64,000 nt of DNA from Actinomycetota bacterium (GTDB taxonomy: Bacteria; Actinomycetota; Thermoleophilia; Solirubrobacterales; Solirubrobacteraceae), in the NCBI GenBank assembly GCA_009699865.1, contig WLNJ01000005.1:2186-66185 (forward strand), given 5' to 3'. The position numbers and the translations under genes were made by a program. The notes under the pieces were generated by a model. That model was not told where the DNA came from. It made no database searches and worked only from the letters and a program-made list of their open reading frames with translations. This document shows positions 27,434-37,242 of this stretch, in pieces; position 1 is the first letter of the stretch, and every line of letters begins with the position of its first letter.

Positions 27434-28113
27434 GTCCCGTCCCGGCCGGAAATCAAGTAGCCGATCACCCCGGAGCCCGTCATGTGCAGGTACTTGGCAG
27501 CGTCGTAGGTGACATCCCATGTGTAACCCGTCCGATAGGGACCACGATCGATAACTGGCAGCACCATCGACCGCTGACCGTACGACACGCGAACCAGAGT
27601 TCCACAGGGGAGTGTCTTGTGAGCCAAGCCCATCGTGCCCTTTGCGATTCTGCCACCGCAGGCAGCCGCCTGATACTCGCTCGGGCCGCCGAAGATTGTC
27701 GCATTGGCGCGGCGGAAGGACATGATCGTTCCGCTCGGCTGTCCTCCATGTCCTGCGGCCGTCACGCGGAGTTTCACGGGTCCGAACACATTGACATTCC
27801 AGCTAACGCGATAGGACCCTGAAGATGCTGAGTTGGCGGACCCGATACGGGTCCAAGCGCCGTTTCCGCTCTGTCGCTCCAGAGAGACGCGCGTTCGGCC
27901 TCTTCCCACAGAACCTGTAGCAACGTGCGTGTTTCCGCCCAGGGCGTTGATCGGCGCCTTGAGGGACACTCCGGCCGCGCTTGCCGTCAACCAGCCGGCG
28001 TTGGAACCGGGGATCGGGTCACCAGGGGACACTCCGCCGTCGGCTGCCAGCGCTGCCGTCGCGGGCACGCAAAGGGTGAGGAGGGCTGTTAGTGCGGCGA
28101 TTCGCTGGCGCAT
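27430..28113 (-). CDS. secreted RlpA-like double-psi beta-barrel (DPBB) protein
   Basis: Signal peptide MRQRIAALTALLTLCVPATAALA. The C-terminal region ATIFGGPSEYQAAACGG...GLAHKTLPCGTLVRVSY..RSMVLPVIDRGPY matches the RlpA/DPBB pattern. Confidence 0.7.
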   Translation of the reverse strand: MRQRIAALTALLTLCVPATAALAADGGVSPGDPIPGSNAGWLTASAAGVSLKAPINALGGNTHVATGSVGRGRTRVSLERQSGNGAWTRIGSANSASSGSYRVSWNVNVFGPVKLRVTAAGHGGQPSGTIMSFRRANATIFGGPSEYQAAACGGRIAKGTMGLAHKTLPCGTLVRVSYGQRSMVLPVIDRGPYRTGYTWDVTYDAAKYLHMTGSGVIGYLISGRDGT

Positions 28114-28172
28114 AACGTGATTGCGGCCGCCGGCTTGTGGGAAGGGCGGCTACGGGAACTGTCCGACGGAGT

Positions 28173-28505
28173 CTACTGGGGTGCTTCGCTGTCCGCGCTT
28201 GGGCGGTGGTTTCTGTCCTTGGTATCGGGGGCAGAGCCTTCAAGCCGGACCAGCAGTTCACGCATCATTAGGGCTGCTGCTGTCAGCGCAATCTCAGCGA
28301 CTTCCGCGGCCATGCGGACTGCTTCTTGCGCGGCAGCAGCCTTGGCGGCGTCGACAGGACGTGGCGGGACTGCACCCTCTCCGCGTGGAAAATCAGTCCG
28401 CTCCCGTGTAATTGGATCGCCTTCGCGGCGAGCGCTACGGCCCCTTGCGCGGTGCCTCGGCATGCTTCCTAGCAGGCCTTTTTGCTCGTGTCGACGAATG
28501 TCCAT
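28173..28505 (-). CDS. possible small basic protein upstream of the RlpA-like gene
   Basis: 110 aa starting from ATG 28505: MDIRRHEQKG...AAKAAAAQEAVRMAAEVAEIALTAAALMMRELLVRLE. The codon pattern looks coding but I recognise no homology. The alternative is a 540-nt untranslated leader or promoter region. Confidence 0.3.
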   Translation of the reverse strand: MDIRRHEQKGLLGSMPRHRARGRSARREGDPITRERTDFPRGEGAVPPRPVDAAKAAAAQEAVRMAAEVAEIALTAAALMMRELLVRLEGSAPDTKDRNHRPSADSEAPQ

Positions 28506-28656
28506 GTGGCAATCATTGCGCAGGTGTGCCTGCGTCCGTGGTGAGCTTTGCTGCGGGCCGCTACGCTGAGCGTGCTTTAGTAACTGCGGGCGCTGTGTGA
28601 ACAGACCCGCGCCCCCCATCCTTTTGTAATCGAACGAGCTGGAGACGAGCTGACCT

Positions 28657-29757
28657 ATGTCGCAGGTTGAATGGCAGGAACTGGAAGAAGTCAAGGGACT
28701 TCTGGCAAAGGGTCAGAAGGTCGGCGTACTCACGTACACCGAGATCAAGGGGGCGATCGCAGAGATCGACTTCGATGATGCTGATGTCGAAGAGCTCCAC
28801 GGTTACTTCGAGAAGAAGGAAATTGAACTTGTAGAGGAGGACTCTCAGTCGGCAGCGCCAGCAGTTACAGAGGCCGCAGCCCGGAACGAGAAGCGTCGAC
28901 GCAAGTCCGAGCTCTCGATCAAGACGGAGATGACGACCGACTCACTGCAGCTGTTCCTCAAGGACATCGGCAAGGTCCGACTCCTGACCGCTGCTGAAGA
29001 GGTAGAGCTTGCGCAGGGAATTGAGCGCGGCGACCTTGCAGCCAAGGAGAAGATGGTTGAGAGCAACCTCCGCCTTGTTGTCTCGATTGCGAAGAACTAC
29101 CGCAACCAAGGCCTTCCATTCCTAGATCTAATCCAGGAAGGCACTCTCGGCCTAGTCCGTGCAGCCGAGAAGTTCGACTACCGCAAGGGATTCAAGTTCT
29201 CGACTTACGCCACATGGTGGATCCGCCAGGCAATCGCCCGCGCGCTTGCCGACAAGGCCCGCACGATCCGTATCCCAGTTCACGTAGTGGAGAAGCTCAA
29301 CAAGATCAACCGTGCCGAGCGCAAGCTTGTCACTGAGCTTGGCCGTGAACCCACGCATGAGGAAATTGCCAATGTCACAGGGATTGAGGCTGAGGAGGTT
29401 GAGCAGATCAAGCGCTCAGCACAGGCCCCTGTCTCACTTGAGAAGCCGGTTGGCGATGAGGAAGAGTCCGAGTTCGGACAGTTCCTCGCCGACGACAAGG
29501 CCGAATCCCCATATGAGAAGGCTGCCGAGACGCTCACACGCGAGGCACTTGTGTCCGCGCTTGAGAACCTCTCCTACCGTGAGCGCCGCGTGCTTGAGCT
29601 GCGCTACGGCCTTGGTGGCGAGCACCCTAAGACACTCGACGATGTTGGCCGTACGTTCAATGTGACGCGCGAACGTATCCGTCAGATCGAGAACCAGTCG
29701 CTCAAGAAGCTGCAGGGCCTCGCTGATGCCCAGAAGCTTCGCGAAGCAGCAGTCTGA
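28657..29757 (+). CDS. rpoD: principal (group 1) RNA polymerase sigma-70 factor
   Basis: 366 aa with a region 1.1-like N-terminus, region 2 ([37 protein letters not shown]), region 3, and region 4 ([20 protein letters not shown]). Confidence 0.9.
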   Translation: MSQVEWQELEEVKGLLAKGQKVGVLTYTEIKGAIAEIDFDDADVEELHGYFEKKEIELVEEDSQSAAPAVTEAAARNEKRRRKSELSIKTEMTTDSLQLFLKDIGKVRLLTAAEEVELAQGIERGDLAAKEKMVESNLRLVVSIAKNYRNQGLPFLDLIQEGTLGLVRAAEKFDYRKGFKFSTYATWWIRQAIARALADKARTIRIPVHVVEKLNKINRAERKLVTELGREPTHEEIANVTGIEAEEVEQIKRSAQAPVSLEKPVGDEEESEFGQFLADDKAESPYEKAAETLTREALVSALENLSYRERRVLELRYGLGGEHPKTLDDVGRTFNVTRERIRQIENQSLKKLQGLADAQKLREAAV

Positions 29758-29918
29758 TCCCGGCTCAGTCCGGCACCTGACCGACAGCCCCTCGGGGCGG
29801 CCGCAGCAAAAAATCCTTCCTCCCGAGGCAGGATTAGCTGCGTCCTGCTGGAAACACCTGCTGACAACCCCGGCGCGCCCCTCCTTGGGGCAACCCGAAA
29901 CTCAGGAGGCAGGAACAT

Positions 29919-30491
29919 ATGGAAGCAGCAGGAAACATTGGTGCCGTTGACGACTCGCAGGTGATGGCAGAGCTTCACAAGAAGTGGAAGACCCTGATGG
30001 CGCTGGGCGTACTTGCGCTGCTCGCGGGCCTCGTCTGCATTCTCGTTCCAGCCTTCGCATCGCCTGTCATCGGACTCTTTATCGGCTGGCTCCTCGTCTT
30101 CGGGGGCGTCCTCCAGCTGATCGATGCTTTCTCTGTCAAGGACGGCGGCCGCCAGGTGTCCCGTGCGATTGGCGCACTGCTGACGCTTGGCATCGGTATC
30201 TGGATCGTTGCTTCCGACTACCACGGCACGCATGCCCTCACTGTGGTCCTTGCGATCTGGTTCCTTGCCAGTGGTTCGCTGCGCCTGATCGCAGGACTGA
30301 TGCAGCGCGGAACTCCCGGTGCATCACTTGTGATGGTCAACGGCGTCTTGTCGCTGATCTTGGGCGGATTGATCCTGGGCGACCTTCCCTCCTCAGCAAC
30401 TTGGGCCATTGGCCTGCTGGTCGGGATTGACCTCACCTTCGCCGGAATTGCCTTGATCACAACGGCGAGCGCAGCAAAGAACGCCGGCTAG
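29919..30491 (+). CDS. HdeD-family (DUF308) membrane protein
   Basis: 190 aa with six repeated Gly-, Leu- and Ile-rich TM helices in the DUF308 pattern. GGAGG lies upstream of the ATG. Confidence 0.7.
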   Translation: MEAAGNIGAVDDSQVMAELHKKWKTLMALGVLALLAGLVCILVPAFASPVIGLFIGWLLVFGGVLQLIDAFSVKDGGRQVSRAIGALLTLGIGIWIVASDYHGTHALTVVLAIWFLASGSLRLIAGLMQRGTPGASLVMVNGVLSLILGGLILGDLPSSATWAIGLLVGIDLTFAGIALITTASAAKNAG

Positions 30492-30504
30492 AAGCTTGTA
30501 GTCA

Positions 30505-30530
30505 GGGGTCGCAGGTTTTCCTGCGGCCCC
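30505..30530 (+). terminator. GC-rich hairpin after the hdeD-like gene (terminator-like, no U-tract)
   Basis: 11-bp stem ggggtcgcagg / cctgcggcccc with one G-U pair and loop tttt. Confidence 0.45.
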
Positions 30531-30872
30531 GCCTTCGCCGGCAGGGATTCCACGCGCCACATAGAAAACCCGCACGTGGTCAGTTCCCCCCAACAGTTCA
30601 CCCTCTCCTCGTTAGCTTCCTCGGTAGGCCTTGTGGCTGGCTGCTTTATGTTCGCCATCCTCACCGAGGGCACGCACCCGGGTGAGGCGGCCGTAGCGGC
30701 TACTGCCGTGGCGGGAACAGTTGGTCCGGGCGGATCAACGTCGTTGGCTGGCGAGCTAAGTTCTATGGCCGCTGCGATGAAGGTTCTGATCCGCAGCACC
30801 GCGCGCCGCATCGCCTGAGCCTCTTCTTTCCTAGGCAGGACAACGGCGGCCGTTGGCGAACATTTTTCATTA

Positions 30873-32180
30873 GTGCAGGATCGACTCTTCAAGGAAAGAC
30901 TGCGTGCCTTCTGTGTGGAGGCCGCCATGCAACTCGCCTACGACGCAGAGAACGGCGAGCAGGTTCCGTACGACCTCGTTGACGCAGGCCCAGCGGATGG
31001 CAAACATCAGCCGCTCTGGTGCTACCGGACTCTGACTGGAGAGTTCATCCGCCAGCGGCTTGGTGCGCTTGGGATGCTCCCTTCCTATCTGCCTGCTGCT
31101 TTGGCGATCGAGAAGATGGAAGGCCTCAACGAGTGGCTGCTTGCCAGGGGCGAGCAGCATGTTCCCAACACCGTGCGCGACCGTGCCGACGCCACACTTC
31201 GCGTTTTCCTAGCTGAGGTACTTGGCGAGGACAGCAACTTTGAGTTTGACGAGTCCCGGTTTCAATCTGCGTGGAATGCCCTTGAGGCGATCCTGATTGA
31301 AGGCCACAGCCTGACCTTGCTTGCCGCGCCTATCCACGGGATTGAGATTGAGTCCCTTGAGATCCGGCTGGACAACAACATGATGCTGGTCTCGGCGGAG
31401 TCCATCGAGGCGGAGGCTCTGCCGGGCGACATCTTCCGAGCTGACAGTCTTGGTCTGCCCGTGGTGGCTGTGGTGATTGAGGCTGAGGACAACAGCCCAG
31501 AGGGTCTTGAACAGGCACGCATCCGCCTGCGGAAACTGCTTTGCGCCCTGCGCTTGTTCGGTAGCGCCAGCCCAGCCCTTGGTGGCGCTGCCCGGCTACA
31601 AGTTGAGCGTGGCCCTTGGCAGGTAATGGGCCTTGAGGGCTCAGGGTCGGCCAGGGGAGTTCTCGCTATCGAGACGCGCCAAGAGCATGAACTTGAGAGC
31701 TTCTGCAGGCTTGTTGCCAACCGCTGGCCAAGAGGTGGCGAGATCGCCTGGGCGCTGCGCCGCCATGAGTTTGGCTGTGACCGGATGCACTACCTAGATG
31801 GGCTCAGCGATCATCTTCTTGCCCTGCGCGCGTTGCTTGAGCCAGAAGGGCCTATGAGCGGCCATCTGACCGACCGCCTTGCCGCGCTCTGTGCGGAACC
31901 AAATGACCGGGCCCGCCTTGCGGAGCGCGCGGCTCGAGCAGCCGGGCTTGAACGGACGATTGTTGCTGGCTTGGCAAACCGCGAGACTCAGGCGGAACAG
32001 CTTTGTATCGAGATGGAGATGCACCTGCGGGCGCTGCTCAAGGATGTCATCTGCCAACACTTGGATAGTGATCTTGTGACGCTCGCGGACATGATCCTCG
32101 CTCAATCCGCGGGGATTGAACAGCCGGTCAAGAAGCGACGCCTCGGGTTTGGCGACGGCGCTGACCCGCTTGCTGCTTGA
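30873..32180 (+). CDS. hypothetical protein (acidic, 435 aa)
   Basis: Long uninterrupted ORF with coding-like composition. No motif recognised. Confidence 0.55.
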   Translation: MQDRLFKERLRAFCVEAAMQLAYDAENGEQVPYDLVDAGPADGKHQPLWCYRTLTGEFIRQRLGALGMLPSYLPAALAIEKMEGLNEWLLARGEQHVPNTVRDRADATLRVFLAEVLGEDSNFEFDESRFQSAWNALEAILIEGHSLTLLAAPIHGIEIESLEIRLDNNMMLVSAESIEAEALPGDIFRADSLGLPVVAVVIEAEDNSPEGLEQARIRLRKLLCALRLFGSASPALGGAARLQVERGPWQVMGLEGSGSARGVLAIETRQEHELESFCRLVANRWPRGGEIAWALRRHEFGCDRMHYLDGLSDHLLALRALLEPEGPMSGHLTDRLAALCAEPNDRARLAERAARAAGLERTIVAGLANRETQAEQLCIEMEMHLRALLKDVICQHLDSDLVTLADMILAQSAGIEQPVKKRRLGFGDGADPLAA

Positions 32181-32189
32181 TCTGAACGC

Positions 32190-33377
32190 CTAAACGGTGT
32201 CGGGGAACAGCTCGCCGGCCATCCTGGCCAGCCCAGCAACATCATGTACTTCGCCATGTAGCCGCTCGACTACGGCAAGCCGGACGGGTTTGAGCGACTT
32301 GGTGATCGCCTCGAGGCCGGCTCTGTCCTGCTCGGCGGCGTCACGGGCATCGTCGATCGCGCTGGCAAGTCGGTTTGAGAGGTCATCACCAAGGGCTTCG
32401 CGAACAGCTTTGGCTCGTACGGACTTGCGTTTGACGCCTGGCTGGGGCCTGACCTGGTTGACAATCAGCGCACTGAGAGGCCGCCCGTCTTCGGCGAGGC
32501 GGTCGGCGAGGTACTTGGCTTCAGTAAGTGGCGTGTCCTCTGCCGTTGTGACGATCAGAAAGACAGTGCCGTCGTCGGCGAGCAGCTTGGCTACTCCGCG
32601 CGCACGCTCCGTGAACCCGTCGACCATTCCGCTGATGGCGGCAAAGAACTCAGCTAGGTCTGAGAACAGGTCCACGCCAGTGACACGCTTGAGTAAGCCC
32701 ATTACGATGCCCGTCCCGCTGCCTGCGATCCGCAGACCTAGGCTTGCTGGCTTCATCACTACCTGCATTGCCCGCCCGTCAAAGAATCGTGAGAGTCGCG
32801 CCGGAGCGTCGAGGAAATCGAGCGCGTTACGGGATGGGGGAGTGTCCAAGACGATCAGGTCGTAGTCACCCTCAGTAGAGAGTTCGTAGAGCTTTGCCAC
32901 GGCAGTGAACTCCTGAGCGCCGGCGACGGCCCCTGAGAGCTCCTTGTAGATGCGGTTATCCAAAACCTGCTGAAGACTTGCTGCGTCGGGGGAGAGCCGG
33001 GTGATCAGATCATCAAAGGTCCGCTTGGGGTCCAGTGCCATGGCCCAGAGTTCGCCGCCGGCCTTGACGTCAACTCCTCCCTTGAGGAGGCGTTTGTCTT
33101 CAACGCGGCGGGGGGAGTTGTCAAGACTTTCGAGTCCGAGGGCTGACGCCAATCTCTTTGCCGGGTCGATTGTGACCACGGCAACTCGCAAACCTGACCG
33201 AGCCATCTCAAGGGCGATGGAAGCCGACACGGTTGTCTTACCAACGCCGCCTGGGCCCGCGACCACGCAGACCTTGGATTCCCGCAGGAGCAGGGCAATT
33301 GCGCCGTTCGGGGCGTCTCCGCTCGCGGCGCTCTGGTTCTTTTTGTTTCCGACCACGTCGCTCGCTAGCCTAGTCAC
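32190..33377 (-). CDS. ArsA/GET3-family ATPase
   Basis: P-loop VVAGPGGVGKTTVSASIA, then TIDPAKRL and DTPP, the ArsA-family layout. Confidence 0.8.
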   Translation of the reverse strand: MTRLASDVVGNKKNQSAASGDAPNGAIALLLRESKVCVVAGPGGVGKTTVSASIALEMARSGLRVAVVTIDPAKRLASALGLESLDNSPRRVEDKRLLKGGVDVKAGGELWAMALDPKRTFDDLITRLSPDAASLQQVLDNRIYKELSGAVAGAQEFTAVAKLYELSTEGDYDLIVLDTPPSRNALDFLDAPARLSRFFDGRAMQVVMKPASLGLRIAGSGTGIVMGLLKRVTGVDLFSDLAEFFAAISGMVDGFTERARGVAKLLADDGTVFLIVTTAEDTPLTEAKYLADRLAEDGRPLSALIVNQVRPQPGVKRKSVRAKAVREALGDDLSNRLASAIDDARDAAEQDRAGLEAITKSLKPVRLAVVERLHGEVHDVAGLARMAGELFPDTV

Positions 33378-33491
33378 CCAGTGGCACGTCGGCTCTTTCG
33401 AAGAGGGGCAGGAAGGAATCCTGCCAATTCGGGCGAATACTCACGCCTAGTGGATAACCACGGCGAAAACTCCCGAACGGTGGAAGAGGCG

Positions 33492-34475
33492 ATGACTCAA
33501 CCCGATGCCAACCAGGCTCCTGTGACTACGGAAGAACTTCCGTCTGTCGAGTCGACTGTCCCTGCTCCACAGGCTGATCTTTCAGCACCTGTTGAAGCGA
33601 CCGCTACAGCTCCTGAGGAAGGCGCTGCTCGCATGTCGGCCTCCTCAATGCTCTCAACGGCTGCTCCTGCGGCTGCTCCGGTAGCGCCTCCTGCGCTGGT
33701 TCCGGCTCAGGCACCTCTCGGTGACATGCGCGTCTACGTGCTCGCTAACCAAAAGGGTGGAGTCGCCAAGACCACGACAACGCTCAACCTTGCCGTTGCA
33801 TTCGCCGAGGCTGGGCACCGTGTCCTCTGCATTGATCTTGACCCTCAGGCGAACCTGACTGTGAGCCAGGGCATTGAAGACGATCTTCCCGAGTCCATGT
33901 ACAACGTTCTCTTGGGGCAGATTCCGATCAAGCAGATCATCCAGAAGTGTGAGATTGATGTCGCCGTGTCATCCATTGATGTTGCTGGCGCAGAGCTCGC
34001 ACTCTCATCAACCATTGGCCGCGAGCGCGCACTTCAGCGCGCACTGATCCCCGTCAAGGACGACTACGACTTTGTCTTCATTGACACGCCTCCAAGCCTT
34101 GGCCTCCTGACCATCAACGCGTTCACTGCAGCACACCGCGTGATCGTGCCTGTTCAGTGCGAGTACCTCTCGATGAGAGGGCTCCTTCAGCTTGAGAACA
34201 CACTTGAGATGGTTCGCGAGAACCTCAACCCGAATGTTCAGATTCAGGGCATCGTTCCGACCATGGTCGACACACGCACGCTCCACGCCCAAGAGGCAAT
34301 CGAGCTTCTGGAGGAGAACTTCCAAGGGCGCGTCTTCCGTTCCAGGATCAACCGAACAGTCCGATTCGCTGAGGCACCAGTCCAAGGTATGTCAATTATG
34401 AAATACGAACCGAAGGGCGCGGCGGCCAAGTGCTACCGCGACCTCGCTCAGGAGGTCATGGCAGATGTCCAATAG
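33492..34475 (+). CDS. ParA/Soj/MinD-superfamily ATPase with a Pro/Ala-rich N-terminal extension
   Basis: Deviant Walker A NQKGGVAKTTTTLNLA, then DLDPQANLT and FIDTPPSLG. ATG 33492 is preceded by GGAAGAGG. The 3' end overlaps ftsZ by 11 nt. Confidence 0.85.
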   Translation: MTQPDANQAPVTTEELPSVESTVPAPQADLSAPVEATATAPEEGAARMSASSMLSTAAPAAAPVAPPALVPAQAPLGDMRVYVLANQKGGVAKTTTTLNLAVAFAEAGHRVLCIDLDPQANLTVSQGIEDDLPESMYNVLLGQIPIKQIIQKCEIDVAVSSIDVAGAELALSSTIGRERALQRALIPVKDDYDFVFIDTPPSLGLLTINAFTAAHRVIVPVQCEYLSMRGLLQLENTLEMVRENLNPNVQIQGIVPTMVDTRTLHAQEAIELLEENFQGRVFRSRINRTVRFAEAPVQGMSIMKYEPKGAAAKCYRDLAQEVMADVQ

Positions 34476-35742
34476 AAAGCGCGCCAGCATGCGTGAAGGT
34501 CCTCTGGCCTCACTCTTCCGTAGTACCGAGAATGATCCAGCAGCTCCAGCCCCTGCCCGAGCAGCTGATGAGCAGATTGCGCAGCAGCGCGTTGAGCAAC
34601 CACAGGCTGCAGCACCGGCTCCCGTACAGGCGCAGCCAGTTCACCATCCTGAGCCTACGGCCGCCGACCTCAACAATGGTCAGCCACTGATCCTTGTTGT
34701 TGGTGTTGGTGGAGCAGGCGTCAATGCGGTCGACCGCATGGTTGAGGCCAATGTTGCCGGCGTCGAGTTCATCGCGATCAACACTGATGTTCAATCACTT
34801 CAGAAGTCCACTGCTACCCGCACGCTTCACATCGGTGAAGAGGTTACGCGCGGCCTTGGATCAGGCTCTGACCCTGAGGTCGGACGCCGGGCGGCAATGG
34901 ATGACCACGACACGATCAAGGCTGCCATCCGTGGCGCTGACATGGTCTTTGTTGCTGTGGGTGCAGGTGGAGGCACCGGCACGGGTGCCGCTCCAGTAGT
35001 TGCACGGATTGCCCGTGATGCTGGCGCACTCGTTGTAGGCATCGTGACGAGGCCGTTTGCCTTTGAGGGCACTCGCCGAAGCAAGGCTGCCGACGCAGGT
35101 GTTGAGGCACTCGGCGCTGAGGTTGACACTCTGATCACAGTTCCCAACAATCGGCTGCTCGAGGTACTTGAGCGCGACACATCGATGGTTGACGCATTCC
35201 GTGTCGCTGACGATGTTCTTCGCCAAGGCGTTCAGGGGATCTCCGATCTCGTAACCCTTCCAGGGTTGATCAATCTCGACTTTGCTGACGTCCGCACGAT
35301 CATGACCGACGCCGGCTCTGCGCTCTTGGGCATTGGTATGGGTTCAGGCGAGCGGCGAGCACTCGATGCGGCAGAGGCAGCGATCAGCTCCCCACTGCTT
35401 GAGACCAGCGTTGAGGGTGCACGCTCCATTCTCCTGTCGGTTACAGGCGGCGATGACATTGCCCTCTGGGAGGTCAACGAGGCGGCGAAGGTTGTGGCAG
35501 AAGCTGCTCACCCCGATGCGAACATCATCTTCGGCGCAATGGTTGACAAGAACCTTGGCGACCAGGTCTGGGTGACGGTGGTTGCCACCGGTTACGCCAA
35601 CGAACGTGCTGCTCGCAGAGCCCGCCGTGATGTTGCAGCAGCACTCGGTGAGCCGTCCGGCGAAGTGCGCGTTGAGCGCCGGCGTGAGACTCGCAGTGGC
35701 TCCGACGACCTTGACGTACCCGAGTTCCTCTCGGGGCGCTAG
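34465..35742 (+). CDS. ftsZ: cell-division GTPase FtsZ (with an N-terminal extension of at least ~65 aa)
   Basis: Contains VGVGGAGVNAV, the tubulin signature GAGGGTGTGAAPV, NTD and the C-terminal peptide DDLDVPEFL. The only canonical in-frame starts are ATG 34465 and ATG 34489. Confidence 0.9.
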   Translation: MSNRKRASMREGPLASLFRSTENDPAAPAPARAADEQIAQQRVEQPQAAAPAPVQAQPVHHPEPTAADLNNGQPLILVVGVGGAGVNAVDRMVEANVAGVEFIAINTDVQSLQKSTATRTLHIGEEVTRGLGSGSDPEVGRRAAMDDHDTIKAAIRGADMVFVAVGAGGGTGTGAAPVVARIARDAGALVVGIVTRPFAFEGTRRSKAADAGVEALGAEVDTLITVPNNRLLEVLERDTSMVDAFRVADDVLRQGVQGISDLVTLPGLINLDFADVRTIMTDAGSALLGIGMGSGERRALDAAEAAISSPLLETSVEGARSILLSVTGGDDIALWEVNEAAKVVAEAAHPDANIIFGAMVDKNLGDQVWVTVVATGYANERAARRARRDVAAALGEPSGEVRVERRRETRSGSDDLDVPEFLSGR

Positions 35743-35766
35743 GTCAACCCAGCAAGCCCCGGCGCC

Positions 35767-37242
35767 ATGGCGCTCGGAGTTACAGCAGCAGGACACCCGG
35801 TCTCAGTTGAGGCTGGGGTTCGCGCGTTTGAGGCAGGCGGCAATGCAGTTGATGCAGCGATCGCCGCAGTACTCGCATCGTTTGCCGCTGAGCCACTCTT
35901 GACCGGCCTTGGCGCGGGCGGGTTGATGATGATCGCCGAGCCTGACGGCCGAGCGACATGTCTGGACTTCTTTGTTGAGGCGCCCGGGCGTGGCGCTGAC
36001 CATTCCCGCCGCGCAGAGCTCCTGCCTTGGGAGGTTGACTTTGGTGATGCGGTTCAGGTGTTCAATGCGGGACCGGCGAGCGCCGGGACTTATGGGACCG
36101 CGGCTGGACTGGCTCACGCGTCGAAGCGGTTTGGCTCCCTTCCGCTGTGTGACTTGACCTCCCCGGCCGCAAGGCTCGCGAGGGAAGGGGTCGCCCTCAA
36201 TGCCGAGCAGGCTTATGTGGTGCGAATTCTTGAGGGAATTGTGACTTCGACGCCTGAGGTTGCTGACATCTTCGCGCCAGGTGGGGAGTTACTCCGAGAG
36301 GGTGGAAGCGTCTGCCAGCCTGAGCTTGCCGACGCACTCGACAGGTTGGGCGCCGAGGGCGCCGCCCCTTTCCACACTGGTGATATCGCAGAGATGGTGG
36401 CCGCCTGGCTCGCTGAGCGAGGCGGGTTGATCACAGCAGAAGACCTCGCTGGATATGAAGTGGTTGAGCGCGAGCCGATCACGTCCTCGTACCGGGGCCG
36501 GTCAATCTTGACCACGCCACCTCCCTCTGCTGGGGGAACTCTGGTCGCGCTTGCCCTTGGTCGACTCGGCGAGAATGAGAGCGATCCTGACCCCCTTGCT
36601 CTTGTTCAAGCTATGAGAGAGGCGCAGGATGCGCGCACGGTTGAGTTTCTTGACGGACTGGCAGAACCGGGATTTGCGGATCGATTCCTTGGCGCCCGCC
36701 TCGGGTCCACAACCCATGTGAGCACCCTCGATGCCAATGGGCTGGCGTGCTCAGTCACCTGCTCAAACGGTTCAAGCTCGGGCGTTGTGGTGCCGGGCAC
36801 GGGGATCCATCTCAACAACATGATGGGCGAGCAGGATTTGAACCCCCACGGTTTCCACCAGCATCCGGTGGGCCGCAGGCTCCCCAGCATGATGACTCCG
36901 ACAATCGTCCTCCACGACGGAGCACCTGTCTTAGCGGTTGGAAGTGCGGGCTCGAACAGGATTAGATCCGCAATCCTCCAGACAATCATCGGTGTGATCG
37001 ATCACGGTCTAACCGTGAAGGAGGCCGTCGAAGCGCCTCGGATCCACTTTGAGGCTGGCGTTGTCTACGGGGAACCTGGGGTGGATCTCGCCGGCGTACG
37101 GGAGCTTGATGTGGCTGTGGCCGAGTTCCGAGCGCCCAATCTCTTCTTCGGTGGGGTGCAGGCGGCCTCGCGTGATGCGGCAGGCGTGTTGGATGGTGCT
37201 GGTGACTCCCGCCGGGGTGGGGCAGCTGCGGTGGCGAGATGA
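35767..37242 (+). CDS. ggt: gamma-glutamyltransferase family protein
   Basis: GGNAVDAAIAA near the N-terminus, and the autoprocessing/nucleophile region STTHVSTLDANG. Confidence 0.8.
   Translation: MALGVTAAGHPVSVEAGVRAFEAGGNAVDAAIAAVLASFAAEPLLTGLGAGGLMMIAEPDGRATCLDFFVEAPGRGADHSRRAELLPWEVDFGDAVQVFNAGPASAGTYGTAAGLAHASKRFGSLPLCDLTSPAARLAREGVALNAEQAYVVRILEGIVTSTPEVADIFAPGGELLREGGSVCQPELADALDRLGAEGAAPFHTGDIAEMVAAWLAERGGLITAEDLAGYEVVEREPITSSYRGRSILTTPPPSAGGTLVALALGRLGENESDPDPLALVQAMREAQDARTVEFLDGLAEPGFADRFLGARLGSTTHVSTLDANGLACSVTCSNGSSSGVVVPGTGIHLNNMMGEQDLNPHGFHQHPVGRRLPSMMTPTIVLHDGAPVLAVGSAGSNRIRSAILQTIIGVIDHGLTVKEAVEAPRIHFEAGVVYGEPGVDLAGVRELDVAVAEFRAPNLFFGGVQAASRDAAGVLDGAGDSRRGGAAAVAR

Noticed and set aside
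28114-28656. Possible c-di-AMP (ydaO-type) or other riboswitch upstream of the RlpA-like gene
   Set aside because: I read the minus strand for the conserved elements I remember (GGGGA-CCCA, GAAUC, ACGGGG boxes) and did not find them. It is retained only as a region worth an Rfam scan.
30488-30928. Overlapping ORFs 30576-30818 (plus strand, 80 aa) and 30488-30928 (minus strand, 146 aa)
   Set aside because: Both frames have similar third-position GC bias and neither shows a motif. The minus-strand ORF would also overlap the start of the 435-aa gene. I cannot decide from sequence alone.
32197-32865. 222-aa plus-strand ORF opposite the ArsA-like ATPase
   Set aside because: It is an antisense, Ser/Arg/Ala-rich low-complexity translation. 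The ArsA frame has the P-loop and family motifs.
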